45,628 nucleotides of DNA, from positions 1 through 45,628 of the forward strand of contig CALVHY010000053.1 of NCBI GenBank assembly GCA_944329205.1, given 5' to 3'. The stretch comes from an uncultured Bacilli bacterium. Lineage in GTDB: Bacteria; Bacillota_I; Bacilli_A; RF39; UBA660. The notes under the pieces are model-generated. The model was not told the DNA's origin. It did not search any database and saw only the letters and a program-made list of their open reading frames with translations. Position numbers and translations under genes: made by a program. Shown here in pieces: positions 37,462-45,493 of this stretch (positions are counted from its first letter, which is position 1; every line of letters starts with the position of its first letter).

Positions 37462-38883
37462 CTAATTGGCAAGTGATAAAGCAAATGGCTCATCTATAGT
37501 TCCATTCCCACCCAATAAAGACACATTAGCTTTAAGATAAAGAACCGGTTTTATATTTTCTGTAAAAGATGGCGACCAACTATATATATTTCCAAGGCCA
37601 TTTATATAGTAAATGCTATAATATGACGAAGAATCTTGAGTCATGGTCCAAAGAGAATAAGACGATTTTAACCAATTTGCTCCAGCACAGGCTTCATTAT
37701 TGTAGTTATCAAGCCTAGTTGTTCTTGGGCAACTACTTGCTAGTACCGCATAACCATAATCACTTGGATATATTAAGCCTATTTTTCCAGTCCAAGTAGT
37801 CGATCCGCTGTAAACACTTTGACCTCTTTCAGAACTATAAAACGATGATGCTGTAGCACTAGCACTTCTTGCGCCTCCTACATTCCATATAACGCTTTCT
37901 ATCATATTTCTTGATGTACTTTTAATTCCCGTTTTTCCAAAATAACATGTTTTTGTATTAGACAAATAAAAGTTACAAGTTGTATCCGTTTTATTTAAGT
38001 ATCCATTATTTAATATTGTTGGCAATCTTGTACTACTCCATGTGTTTATTCGACTTTCGTGTATTGCAAGACTATCCAATACTTCATTTCTAATAATCTT
38101 TACTAAATTTTGAGATGTTCCGGCTGCAGTGGTAACACTAAATACTCCTATTACTCTCCATAATTCTCCGTTAAATTGTACATAATTATTTGGAATGGTT
38201 CCTTCATATCTATAGCCATTTTCGTTTACTAAACAATCCTTTGCTTCTTCATTCGTTGTTGGAGTACTTGAGCATGTTTTACTTATTAAATAATCAGCAA
38301 ATGATTGATTAGTGTTTTCAACAAAATTAACTGTACATGCTGTCCCATCTATTCCGTCAATTTCAATTATCCAGTCTTCATAATTAAATTTTGCAGTGGC
38401 ATCATTATTGCAAACAATGCTATCTATAGTATAATTACTACTTTTTTGGGGAAATGTGTCTGCTGCATCACCGTTTATGGTTGCTAAAACCCTTATACCT
38501 CCGTCATCAAAATATAAATAACATTTTGTCCCTTTGGATACAACTCCAATATACACTTTTCCATTTTCATAATTCATTGATATTGTATCATCTTTTTCGC
38601 CATTTACTTCACAATAACTTTTTTCTTGATTTAATTTTGTACCACCATTTGGCACCTTATCAATACTTACATATTCCCCTGTATCATCTTGTTGATACAT
38701 AGCAATAACATTTAAATCGGCATTATTAAATGTTATTGTCCCATTGATTAGGGGAATGCTTTGGGTATTACGATATTTAGCTCTTGTGAAATTTAGTATT
38801 AGGGTTGTAATTAACGCTACTACTATGACTACTATAATAATATTTCTTTTTAAATGACTTTTCTTTAATGTTTCTATTGGCAT
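37462..38883 (-). CDS. N-terminally membrane-anchored surface protein, paralogue C (constant leader + second two-Cys module + type-2 head)
   Basis: 473 aa. The N-terminal ~125 aa are nearly identical in pattern to A and B (MPIETLKKSHLKRNIIIVVIVVALITTLILNFTRAKYR...NGTITFNNADLNVIAMYQ...KGTKCYLYFD), with long identical nucleotide runs shared with A. The remainder is paralogous to D, not to A or B. Confidence 0.88.
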   Translation of the reverse strand: MPIETLKKSHLKRNIIIVVIVVALITTLILNFTRAKYRNTQSIPLINGTITFNNADLNVIAMYQQDDTGEYVSIDKVPNGGTKLNQEKSYCEVNGEKDDTISMNYENGKVYIGVVSKGTKCYLYFDDGGIRVLATINGDAADTFPQKSSNYTIDSIVCNNDATAKFNYEDWIIEIDGIDGTACTVNFVENTNQSFADYLISKTCSSTPTTNEEAKDCLVNENGYRYEGTIPNNYVQFNGELWRVIGVFSVTTAAGTSQNLVKIIRNEVLDSLAIHESRINTWSSTRLPTILNNGYLNKTDTTCNFYLSNTKTCYFGKTGIKSTSRNMIESVIWNVGGARSASATASSFYSSERGQSVYSGSTTWTGKIGLIYPSDYGYAVLASSCPRTTRLDNYNNEACAGANWLKSSYSLWTMTQDSSSYYSIYYINGLGNIYSWSPSFTENIKPVLYLKANVSLLGGNGTIDEPFALSLAN

Positions 38884-38933
38884 AAATTATCCTTTCGTGA
38901 AGTTCTACTTCATTTACTTTTTTAGGCATTTAT

Positions 38934-38984
38934 TATAACCTATTTTAGCTTATATAAACAATATAACCCATTTTGGGCTAAAAG
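38934..38984. promoter_or_regulatory. Operator-like direct repeats in the locus-3 control region (homologous to 1528-1574)
   Basis: tataacctattttagcttatata (38934-38956) and tataacccattttgggctaaaag (38962-38984), followed by AGTCAA as in locus 1. Confidence 0.45.
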
Positions 38985-39037
38985 TCAATACTCTGATTTA
39001 GGTTATGATAAAGTATATTTAATAAAGGAAGATGATT

Positions 39038-39271
39038 ATGAATAGATTGCGTGATTTAAGAGAAGATAGAGATCTATTGCAAAAGGATATTGCTGAATTT
39101 TTAAATATGTCTCAAACTGGCTATTCAAAGTACGAAGTTGAAACTAATGATATACCTACCGATATATTAAAAAAACTTGCATCTTATTATAATACAAGTA
39201 TTGATTATTTACTTTGCTTAACTGATGAGAGAAAGCCTTATCCGAAAAGTATTTTAAATGATGAAAATTAA
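39038..39271 (+). CDS. XRE-family HTH transcriptional regulator (cassette regulator 3)
   Basis: A paralogue of 1623-1859 (LLQKDIAEFLNMSQTGYSKYE...IDYLLCLTDERKPYPKSIL). I prefer ATG 39038, 7 nt after the AAGGAAG RBS, over ATG 39032. Confidence 0.9.
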   Translation: MNRLRDLREDRDLLQKDIAEFLNMSQTGYSKYEVETNDIPTDILKKLASYYNTSIDYLLCLTDERKPYPKSILNDEN

Positions 39272-39272
39272 A

Positions 39273-39310
39273 AAAATCAAGAATTTAATGCTAACTTTCT
39301 TGATTTTTTC
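39273..39310. terminator. Bidirectional intrinsic terminator after cassette regulator 3
   Basis: aatcaagaa (39275-39283) pairs with ttcttgatt (39297-39305), a perfect 9 bp flanked by an A run and a T run. Confidence 0.7.
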
Positions 39311-39500
39311 TTTTAAATAGGAGTCTAAAACGTTTTTAATTCTATCTAGTTCTATTATTAATTTATTAAAATTTTGTTCAATATAATCTATATTATTATC
39401 TTTGCTATGAACTTCATGATCTAAGGCGAGATCAGCAAGATCCATAAAGTCTAATTATTATAAAATATGGGTCTAAAATGCTTTAAATTAAAAAAGTGGT

Positions 39501-39677
39501 TTATTTGCCACTGTTTTTTTTAATATTACATCTTTTTTTAATTATATTTTCTTCATTGTAGTATTTTGGCATCCTATCTAAGTCGGGGCCATAATTATTT
39601 AAAAGACCATATTTTAAATAATCTAAGCTATTTTCCGTTTCCGTGTATCCCCTATTATAATTGTTTACTGATTTCAT
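39501..39677 (-). CDS. Small hypothetical protein downstream of the class B PBP gene
   Basis: 58-aa ORF from ATG 39677 (MKSVNNYNRGY), with AGGTGA 5 nt upstream. No motif recognised. Confidence 0.4.
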   Translation of the reverse strand: MKSVNNYNRGYTETENSLDYLKYGLLNNYGPDLDRMPKYYNEENIIKKRCNIKKNSGK

Positions 39678-39716
39678 ACCATTCACCTATTAATAGTATG
39701 GATTAAGAATATTTAT

Positions 39717-41819
39717 TTATACTGTAGATAAGGTTATTTCTAAAGTTTTCGTTAAATCAATTATTTCACCTACGGGTAAATTAAATTCTTTGACTATACC
39801 ATAGCCACTAAAAGTATAATTAAGACCTATTAAATTGCACAAGCTCATAACTTCACTGCTACTCCAACCAGTAATATCCGGCATCGTAAAATCGTTATTA
39901 TTAGTTAAAATAAAGACTTTACTACCCGCTAGGACTTTAGTTTTCTTTAAAGGATATTGATTGATTATAACATCACCAGTACCAAGGGTAATAACTTTTA
40001 AATTTAATTTTTCTAGTTCGCTAACAGTTGTTTTTACCTCCCTACTCATATAATTACTTAATTCAATTATCTTAGTTAAGTCTAAATCGGAAGTAGTATT
40101 GGTGATATTAGCATAGTTAGCGATACTTTCAACAGCCGTAGTTACAGCATTAGCTACGGCAGCGGCTCCACCATCTATTTGTTTTACTGATATATAAATA
40201 ATATATTCAGGATCTTCATAAGGAAAAATACCAGCAAAGGAACGAATATAATTGGTTGAACCAGTTAAATAGCCACCAGCGGAACTAGCAATTTGAGCTG
40301 TTCCCGTTTTGCCAGCTAAAGTTACATTATTAGGTTGCCATATAGTTGTTAGGCCATTATAAACTACATCATACATTAATTCATACATTTTATTTATAGA
40401 TTCGCTTGATACTTTGGTTCCTAACTGAGTTTTAGTACCTTCATAAGTAACATTGCCATCTTGATCAACTATTTTATCAACTATATACGGTTTTAACATA
40501 ACTCCATCATTGGTTAAAATGCTTAGAGCTTGAAGGGTTTGGATGGGAGTTGTGGTAATACCTTGGCCAAATGAAGCGGTAGCAAGTTCGGATTCGTAAG
40601 TAATTCGTAAAACGCCACTTTCTTCACCCGGTAGTTCAATACCTGTTTTAGAGCCAAACCCTAATGATTCGTAAAAACTCCGTAATTTTTCAGAGCCTAG
40701 TTTTAAAGCTAGATTGGTGGCTCCAACATTGGATGAATAAGCAAAACCCGTATCATAATCAATTTCGCCCCAACCATAGTTGTTGAAATCATAAATTGTT
40801 GCGCCACTGACATTTATGGAACCGGATACAAAGGTATCTTCCCCATCATATAAGCCATTTTCCATCGCTGCTAGCCAGGAAAATATTTTCATGGTTGATC
40901 CCGGTTCATAGGTGTATCCTACTAAAGGATTTATGTAATTAGTTAGGCCTTCTAAAGTGTTGGGATTAAAATCAGGACTGGATGCACTTCCAACAATAGC
41001 TCCCGTTTTAGCATCCATAACCGTAAAAGTAGCCCAACTAAATTCATAGTTTTCTTCTAAAGTGTTTAGGGTATCTTCAAGAATTAATTGAATTTGGGAA
41101 TCAAGGGTTAAGTAGACATCACTGCCACTTATAGGTTCAACACGATAATATGCTTCGCCCATTTGATAACCATAAGCATCTTTTTGATACATGGTTTCAC
41201 CATCAGTTCCTTTTAATTCTTCGTTAAAATAGGATTCTATACCCATTTCTCCAACAATTTGGCCATCATCATTGTTTTTGGCATAACCAATAATATAGGA
41301 GGCTGCACTACCTTGTTTATAATATCTTTTGCTGCCACTAATAAAACCAATACCATCTAAATCTAAAGCTTCTATTTCGGCTTTTTGGTTTTCGCTTAGA
41401 TCTCTTCCGGCGGTTCCAAATTCAACTTGATATGCCCCCTCGGTATTTAATCTTGCTAAAGCATATTCATAATCCATATCTAAAACTTCTGATAAAGCTT
41501 GAGCCGTTTTTTCTTTATCAACGACGTGATTAGGATTATCGGGATCAGTTGTTCTTGATTCACTAAGATAAGCGACTAAAGTATAGGAATTAACATTTTT
41601 AGCCAGTATTTCCCCATGAATATCATAAATGTTACCTCTTGATGCATAAAGAGTTTGGGTGGTGGTATTACGATTATCGGCAAACTCGGTTAGATTTATA
41701 CCATCAACATTGGGACTTAGGGCAACATAAGATAGCTTTATAATGGCACAAAAAAAAGCGAAAAAAAAGAGCATGATAAAAAATTTGTTTACTTTTACTT
41801 TTGATCTCTTTTTTTTCAT
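39717..41819 (-). CDS. Class B penicillin-binding protein (PBP2B/SpoVD type) with C-terminal PASTA domains
   Basis: 700 aa with an N-terminal anchor, the transpeptidase motifs STMK (EPGSTMKIF), SSN (YSSNVG) and KTGT (AGKTGTAQI), and two PASTA-like repeats at the C-terminus. It sits in the dcw position after ftsL. Confidence 0.92.
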   Translation of the reverse strand: MKKKRSKVKVNKFFIMLFFFAFFCAIIKLSYVALSPNVDGINLTEFADNRNTTTQTLYASRGNIYDIHGEILAKNVNSYTLVAYLSESRTTDPDNPNHVVDKEKTAQALSEVLDMDYEYALARLNTEGAYQVEFGTAGRDLSENQKAEIEALDLDGIGFISGSKRYYKQGSAASYIIGYAKNNDDGQIVGEMGIESYFNEELKGTDGETMYQKDAYGYQMGEAYYRVEPISGSDVYLTLDSQIQLILEDTLNTLEENYEFSWATFTVMDAKTGAIVGSASSPDFNPNTLEGLTNYINPLVGYTYEPGSTMKIFSWLAAMENGLYDGEDTFVSGSINVSGATIYDFNNYGWGEIDYDTGFAYSSNVGATNLALKLGSEKLRSFYESLGFGSKTGIELPGEESGVLRITYESELATASFGQGITTTPIQTLQALSILTNDGVMLKPYIVDKIVDQDGNVTYEGTKTQLGTKVSSESINKMYELMYDVVYNGLTTIWQPNNVTLAGKTGTAQIASSAGGYLTGSTNYIRSFAGIFPYEDPEYIIYISVKQIDGGAAAVANAVTTAVESIANYANITNTTSDLDLTKIIELSNYMSREVKTTVSELEKLNLKVITLGTGDVIINQYPLKKTKVLAGSKVFILTNNNDFTMPDITGWSSSEVMSLCNLIGLNYTFSGYGIVKEFNLPVGEIIDLTKTLEITLSTV

Positions 41820-41829
41820 ATTTCACTTC

Positions 41830-42129
41830 CTATTCATTGATCGTTTTGATATTACTATTATTATACGACAAACCACTGGCACTAGCAATACTTTGAATGT
41901 TTTCAATAGAAGCTAATTCATCTATTTGCATGCTTAAAGCTTCATTAGTATCGTTTTGAGAACTTATTTTGCTTTCAATTTTTTCTAGTTCAATATTCGT
42001 TTGGGATAGTAAAGCTTTAGTGTAAACCCAAGAAGTAGGCATGACAATAAAGCCAAAGAAGATGACTAAGAAAGCCATAAACTTTTCACCTTTTAATAAT
42101 TTAATCCTTTTTACTCTTTTAGTTCTCAT
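41830..42129 (-). CDS. ftsL: Cell division protein FtsL
   Basis: 99 aa with a basic N-terminus, one TM helix and a coiled coil, located between rsmH and the PBP gene. Confidence 0.8.
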   Translation of the reverse strand: MRTKRVKRIKLLKGEKFMAFLVIFFGFIVMPTSWVYTKALLSQTNIELEKIESKISSQNDTNEALSMQIDELASIENIQSIASASGLSYNNSNIKTINE

Positions 42130-42130
42130 A

Positions 42131-43054
42131 TTATATCCTTTCTACGATTCTAAGTTTAGCACTCTTGCTGCGACTATTTATTTTTAATTCCTCGGCACTC
42201 GGCGTAATTGGTTTTTTATTAATTAATTTGATTAAGGGCTTGTATTCTTCAGGAATTTCAGGAAGTCCTTTAATCATTTCGGGCACTTCACTATATTTTT
42301 TAAATATTTGTTTTACGATCCGATCTTCAAGAGAATGGAAAGTAATTACACAAATTCGCCCGCCTTTTTTAAGTCTTTTTATAGCAGCTGGTAAAGCTTT
42401 TTTTAATACTTCTAATTCGTCATTAACTTCAATTCTTAAAGCTTGAAATATTACCCGTTCGGGATGATTATGATAAAAGTAATTAGCTCCAACGGCTTTT
42501 TGGATAATTTCAACTAATTCTAATGTTTTTGTTATTTCTTTCTTTTGGCGATAGCTTGTAATAGCACTTGCTATTTCTTTGCTGCGCGGTTCTTCGGCAT
42601 ACTTATAAAATAAAGAGGTTAGATCAGCCTTAGAGTAAGTATTAACTATATCTTGGGCGGTAAATTGATTTCTTTTATCCATACGCATGTCGAGGATGGC
42701 ATCATTCATAAAACTAAAACCACGAGAAGTATCAGCTATTTCAGGACTAGATAAGCCTAGATCAAATAAAATGCCATCGACTAAACCGACTTTTTCTTCG
42801 GCTAATACTTCATCTAAATGAGCAAAGTTAGAATGAATAATTTTAAAATTAGGGGAAATTTCACTCAATTTATGATGCGAATAGTGGATTGCTTCACTAT
42901 CCGCATCAAAGGCGTAAAGGCGCCCTCTTTTTATTCTTTTTAAAATTTCTTTACTATGACCAGCATATCCTAGTGTGGCATCTACATATATACCGTCATC
43001 TTTGATATTAAGCCCATCGATTACCTCGGAAAGCATAACACTAAAATGTTTCAT
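42131..43054 (-). CDS. rsmH: 16S rRNA (cytosine1402-N4)-methyltransferase
   Basis: The motifs are HFSVMLSEV, YVDATLGYAGHS, DLGLSS, DMRMD and ITFHSLEDRIVK. I take the start at ATG 43054 (MKHFSV), behind GGAGAG. Confidence 0.95.
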   Translation of the reverse strand: MKHFSVMLSEVIDGLNIKDDGIYVDATLGYAGHSKEILKRIKRGRLYAFDADSEAIHYSHHKLSEISPNFKIIHSNFAHLDEVLAEEKVGLVDGILFDLGLSSPEIADTSRGFSFMNDAILDMRMDKRNQFTAQDIVNTYSKADLTSLFYKYAEEPRSKEIASAITSYRQKKEITKTLELVEIIQKAVGANYFYHNHPERVIFQALRIEVNDELEVLKKALPAAIKRLKKGGRICVITFHSLEDRIVKQIFKKYSEVPEMIKGLPEIPEEYKPLIKLINKKPITPSAEELKINSRSKSAKLRIVERI

Positions 43055-43055
43055 A

Positions 43056-43484
43056 TTACTCTCCATTAAATAAGTTCTCGGCAATATTTTCTAAGGTGTC
43101 TTTATATTCATCATTAAATTTGTCCCAATTTTCTTTAGACCAAATTTCAATGCGGTCATTTGCGCCGATTATAACGCATTCTTTTTCTAAACCGGCGTAA
43201 ATGGCCTGTTGGGAAGTAATATTTATGCGACCTTGGCGATCAAGATTGCAATTAGCAGCGGCAGAAAAGAAAGATCTGATAAAAACACGGGCATCTTTTT
43301 TAGTAAAAGGTAAGTTTGCTAATTTGTCGACGATTTTTTGCCATTCACTTTCCGTGTAGATGTATAAACATTTTTCTAAACCACGAGTAACAATAAAAGT
43401 GTCCCCTAAAATGCTTCGATAATTTGAGGGAATTACCAATCTTTGTTTATCATCAATATTATGATGATATTCGCCCATGAACAT
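43056..43484 (-). CDS. mraZ: Transcriptional regulator MraZ
   Basis: It starts MFMGEYHHNIDDKQRLVIPS, and the second SpoVT/AbrB-like half reads LDRQGRINI. I take the start at ATG 43484. Confidence 0.93.
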   Translation of the reverse strand: MFMGEYHHNIDDKQRLVIPSNYRSILGDTFIVTRGLEKCLYIYTESEWQKIVDKLANLPFTKKDARVFIRSFFSAAANCNLDRQGRINITSQQAIYAGLEKECVIIGANDRIEIWSKENWDKFNDEYKDTLENIAENLFNGE

Positions 43485-43490
43485 TTTAAA

Positions 43491-43539
43491 TCCCCCACTT
43501 TCTACCACAATGTACCACTGCTTACCATAATCTTACCAA
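43491..43539 (-). promoter_or_regulatory. Phased array of MraZ-box-like direct repeats upstream of mraZ
   Basis: The minus strand reads tTGGTAagattaTGGTAagcagTGGTAcattgTGGTAgaaagTGGGGga. That is four TGGTA plus one TGGGG with start-to-start spacing of 11, 10, 10 and 10 nt, ending at the mraZ RBS. Confidence 0.7.
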
Positions 43540-43753
43540 AACATAACTTGTTTGTAAAGATGAAAGTGTTCGCTTGTTTTAGTTTTTCAAATCCTTGACG
43601 CAAATTTGACACTGCAAATAAAAAAGTTACGTTTTTTATAAAGTTGCAGATTTATGTAAGTTTATCGCCGAAATATATTAATTTTGCTATCAAAATATAA
43701 TAATTACCAGTAAAAGCATTAAATTTAACGGTAAAATGGGCAAAATCGGCTGT

Positions 43754-43782
43754 TTGACTCTATATTTTATTTCTTGTATAGT
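43754..43782 (+). promoter_or_regulatory. Sigma-A-type promoter of the Rpn-family gene
   Basis: TTGACT (43754-43759), 17 nt, TATAGT (43777-43782). Confidence 0.6.
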
Positions 43783-43802
43783 GGATGGGAAAGGAGAAAA
43801 AG

Positions 43803-44648
43803 ATGTATCCAAATTATAATACCTTGATGCATGATATTATTTTTAAGGAGTCTTTTGCAAATGAACATAACCGTAGACAGCTAGAAAGTTTACTAGAAAA
43901 TCTTTTGGGATATGAAAAAGGATATTTAAAAAATAAACTTAAAGTGTCTTATGAAAATCAGATTACTAAAGCTAATGCTTTTGAAAAAGCATCTAGGACA
44001 GATATTATTATTGATTTTGATGATATGGTTGTAGATTTAGAGGCTTATACTTATTTAGATGAAGAATCGGTAAACAAAAGTACTTTCTATGTCATGAAAA
44101 TTAGTGCTTCTAGGCTTATCTTAGGAAGGGAATATGAGCCATTAAAAGTAGTTCAATATAATTTTGTTGATAAGGTGCGTTTTGAGGTTGGCCCAAAAAT
44201 CGTAAATACTTTTCACTTAGTGCATAAAGATTATCCAAAAATAAAAATAGCTGAAAACATGTTTCAAATTAATTATATTCGCGTTGACAAAGTCAGAGAG
44301 CTAGGATATAATGAAAATGAATTAATTAAATGGTTTCGCTTTATAGCTGCGCAAAGTTATGAAGAAAGAAGACAAATAGCTGAAGGGGATGAACTGTTTA
44401 TGGATTTTAATAAGTGGATTGATGAGTATGTTAACGATGATGTGACCAAAGAAGCGATGGCAAAATGGAATAAGGAGATTGAAGACAATAAGAATATTAA
44501 GATTGCAAGAGAACTTGGACACGAAGAAGGTCGTGAGCAAAGAAATATAGAAATAGCTAAAAGCTTATTAAACTCAAGTTTATCAATACAAGAAATTTCT
44601 GAACATACCGGCTTAAGTATTCAAGAAATAGAGAATCTTCAAAACTAA
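43803..44648 (+). CDS. Rpn-family recombination-promoting nuclease / PD-(D/E)XK putative transposase (YhgA-like)
   Basis: The N-terminus MHDIIFKESFANEHNRRQLESLL and the D...E.K core (RTDIIIDFDDMVVDLEAY) fit the family. The C-terminal HTH-like tail is IEIAKSLLNSSLSIQEISEHTGLSIQEIENL. I take the start at ATG 43803, behind AAAGGAGAAAAAG. Confidence 0.8.
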   Translation: MYPNYNTLMHDIIFKESFANEHNRRQLESLLENLLGYEKGYLKNKLKVSYENQITKANAFEKASRTDIIIDFDDMVVDLEAYTYLDEESVNKSTFYVMKISASRLILGREYEPLKVVQYNFVDKVRFEVGPKIVNTFHLVHKDYPKIKIAENMFQINYIRVDKVRELGYNENELIKWFRFIAAQSYEERRQIAEGDELFMDFNKWIDEYVNDDVTKEAMAKWNKEIEDNKNIKIARELGHEEGREQRNIEIAKSLLNSSLSIQEISEHTGLSIQEIENLQN

Positions 44649-44671
44649 ATAAACATGCTTTAAGTAATAGT

Positions 44672-44700
44672 AAAAGAAGATGGAATAATTCTTCTTTTAT
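44672..44700 (+). terminator. Intrinsic terminator of the full-length Rpn-family gene, inside the spacer between the duplicated copies
   Basis: aaaagaag (44672-44679) pairs with cttctttt (44691-44698), a perfect 8 bp with an 11-nt loop. Confidence 0.55.
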
Positions 44701-44768
44701 AAAAGCAATTGTTATACAATATGCTTAATTATAATTAATAACTAAAAAATGAAGGGGATGAACTGTTT

Positions 44769-45029
44769 ATGGATTTTAATAAGTGGATTGATGAGTATGT
44801 TAACGATGATGTGACCAAAGAAGCGATGGCAAAATGGAATAAGGAGATTGAAGAAAGTAAGAATATTAAGATTGCAAGAGAGCTTGGACACGAAGAAGGT
44901 CGTGAAGAAGGTCGCGAGCAAAGAAATATAGAAATAGCTAAAAGCTTATTAAACTCAAGTTTATCAATACAAGAAATTTCTGAACATACCGGCTTAAGTA
45001 TTCAAGAAATAGAGAATCTTCAAAACTAA
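44769..45029 (+). pseudogene. Stand-alone copy of the Rpn-family C-terminal (HTH-like) region; gene fragment or small independent ORF
   Basis: The 86-aa ORF starts at the internal Met of the duplicated segment (MDFNKWIDEY). GAAGGGGA lies about 10 nt upstream and could act as an RBS. It lacks the nuclease core. Confidence 0.6.
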
Positions 45030-45056
45030 ATAAACATGCATTATTATTTAAAAGAT

Positions 45057-45088
45057 AAAAGTAGACACAAAAATTTTGCCTACTTTTT
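45057..45088 (+). terminator. Hairpin terminator at the convergent junction with 45089-45493
   Basis: aaaagtag (45057-45064) pairs with ctactttt (45080-45087), a perfect 8 bp, but the loop is large at 15 nt. Confidence 0.4.
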
Positions 45089-45493
45089 CTATCCCCTTTT
45101 CATTGCTTCAGCCAAAGCTTTAATTTTCAAGATTTGTTCTTCATTCTTTTGTCTGTTTTCTAAGGCTTCTATAGGATTATGTAAAAGATAATCTTCCATG
45201 TCTGTAAGAGCTTGCATGATCTTATCGGGACTTATCTTGGCAAAATAATCAAAAGAATCTTCTGTTGGAGTTAAAAATGCGGGTAACTCACTTTTTTCTA
45301 ATTTAGCTAAATTTATTACATCGTCCATCGTGATTGCCTCTTTTTTTACTAAAAGAGCCGCGCTGGTAAAATAACTTTTATCTTGAAATAAAGCAGATGA
45401 TAAAAGAATATCCCTTTCTTCTGTGGTTAAAGTTTTGCTGCTAAACTTTAAAATATCTTTTAAAATATTTAATTTATATTGCCTTTCATTCAT
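45089..45493 (-). CDS. Hypothetical protein
   Basis: 134-aa ORF behind an AAAGGTGAGA RBS. It looks helical and no motif was recognised. Confidence 0.55.
   Translation of the reverse strand: MNERQYKLNILKDILKFSSKTLTTEERDILLSSALFQDKSYFTSAALLVKKEAITMDDVINLAKLEKSELPAFLTPTEDSFDYFAKISPDKIMQALTDMEDYLLHNPIEALENRQKNEEQILKIKALAEAMKRG

Larger units (their letters stand above)
44381..45039 (+). repeat. Direct duplication of the 3' end of the Rpn-family gene (copy 1 44381-44658, copy 2 44750-45039)
   Basis: The copies are near-identical from tgaaggggatgaactgtttatgg to aaataaacatgc, 10 nt past the stop. Copy 2 carries a 12-nt tandem insertion (gaagaaggtcgt, giving EEGREEGR) and a few substitutions. The spacer is 91 bp. 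Confidence 0.92.

Noticed and set aside
38305-38702. Plus-strand ORFs 38305-38487 and 38454-38702, with the similar antisense calls 13781-13987, 16035-16244, 19069-19347, 20520-20729, 21301-21483, 27354-27551, 28559-28741, 29180-29455, 37262-37465, 42165-42446 and 44322-44540
   Set aside because: All lie antisense to, or out of frame within, longer motif-supported genes. They lack RBS sequences and show His/Leu/Ile-rich composition typical of AT-rich shadow frames.
39254-39445. 63-aa ORF on the minus strand (MDLADLALDHEV...)
   Set aside because: Its last ~15 codons read straight through the bidirectional terminator hairpin at 39273-39310 and overlap the end of the XRE gene. I saw no convincing RBS. 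A shorter real peptide cannot be excluded, but the ORF is not supportable as called.
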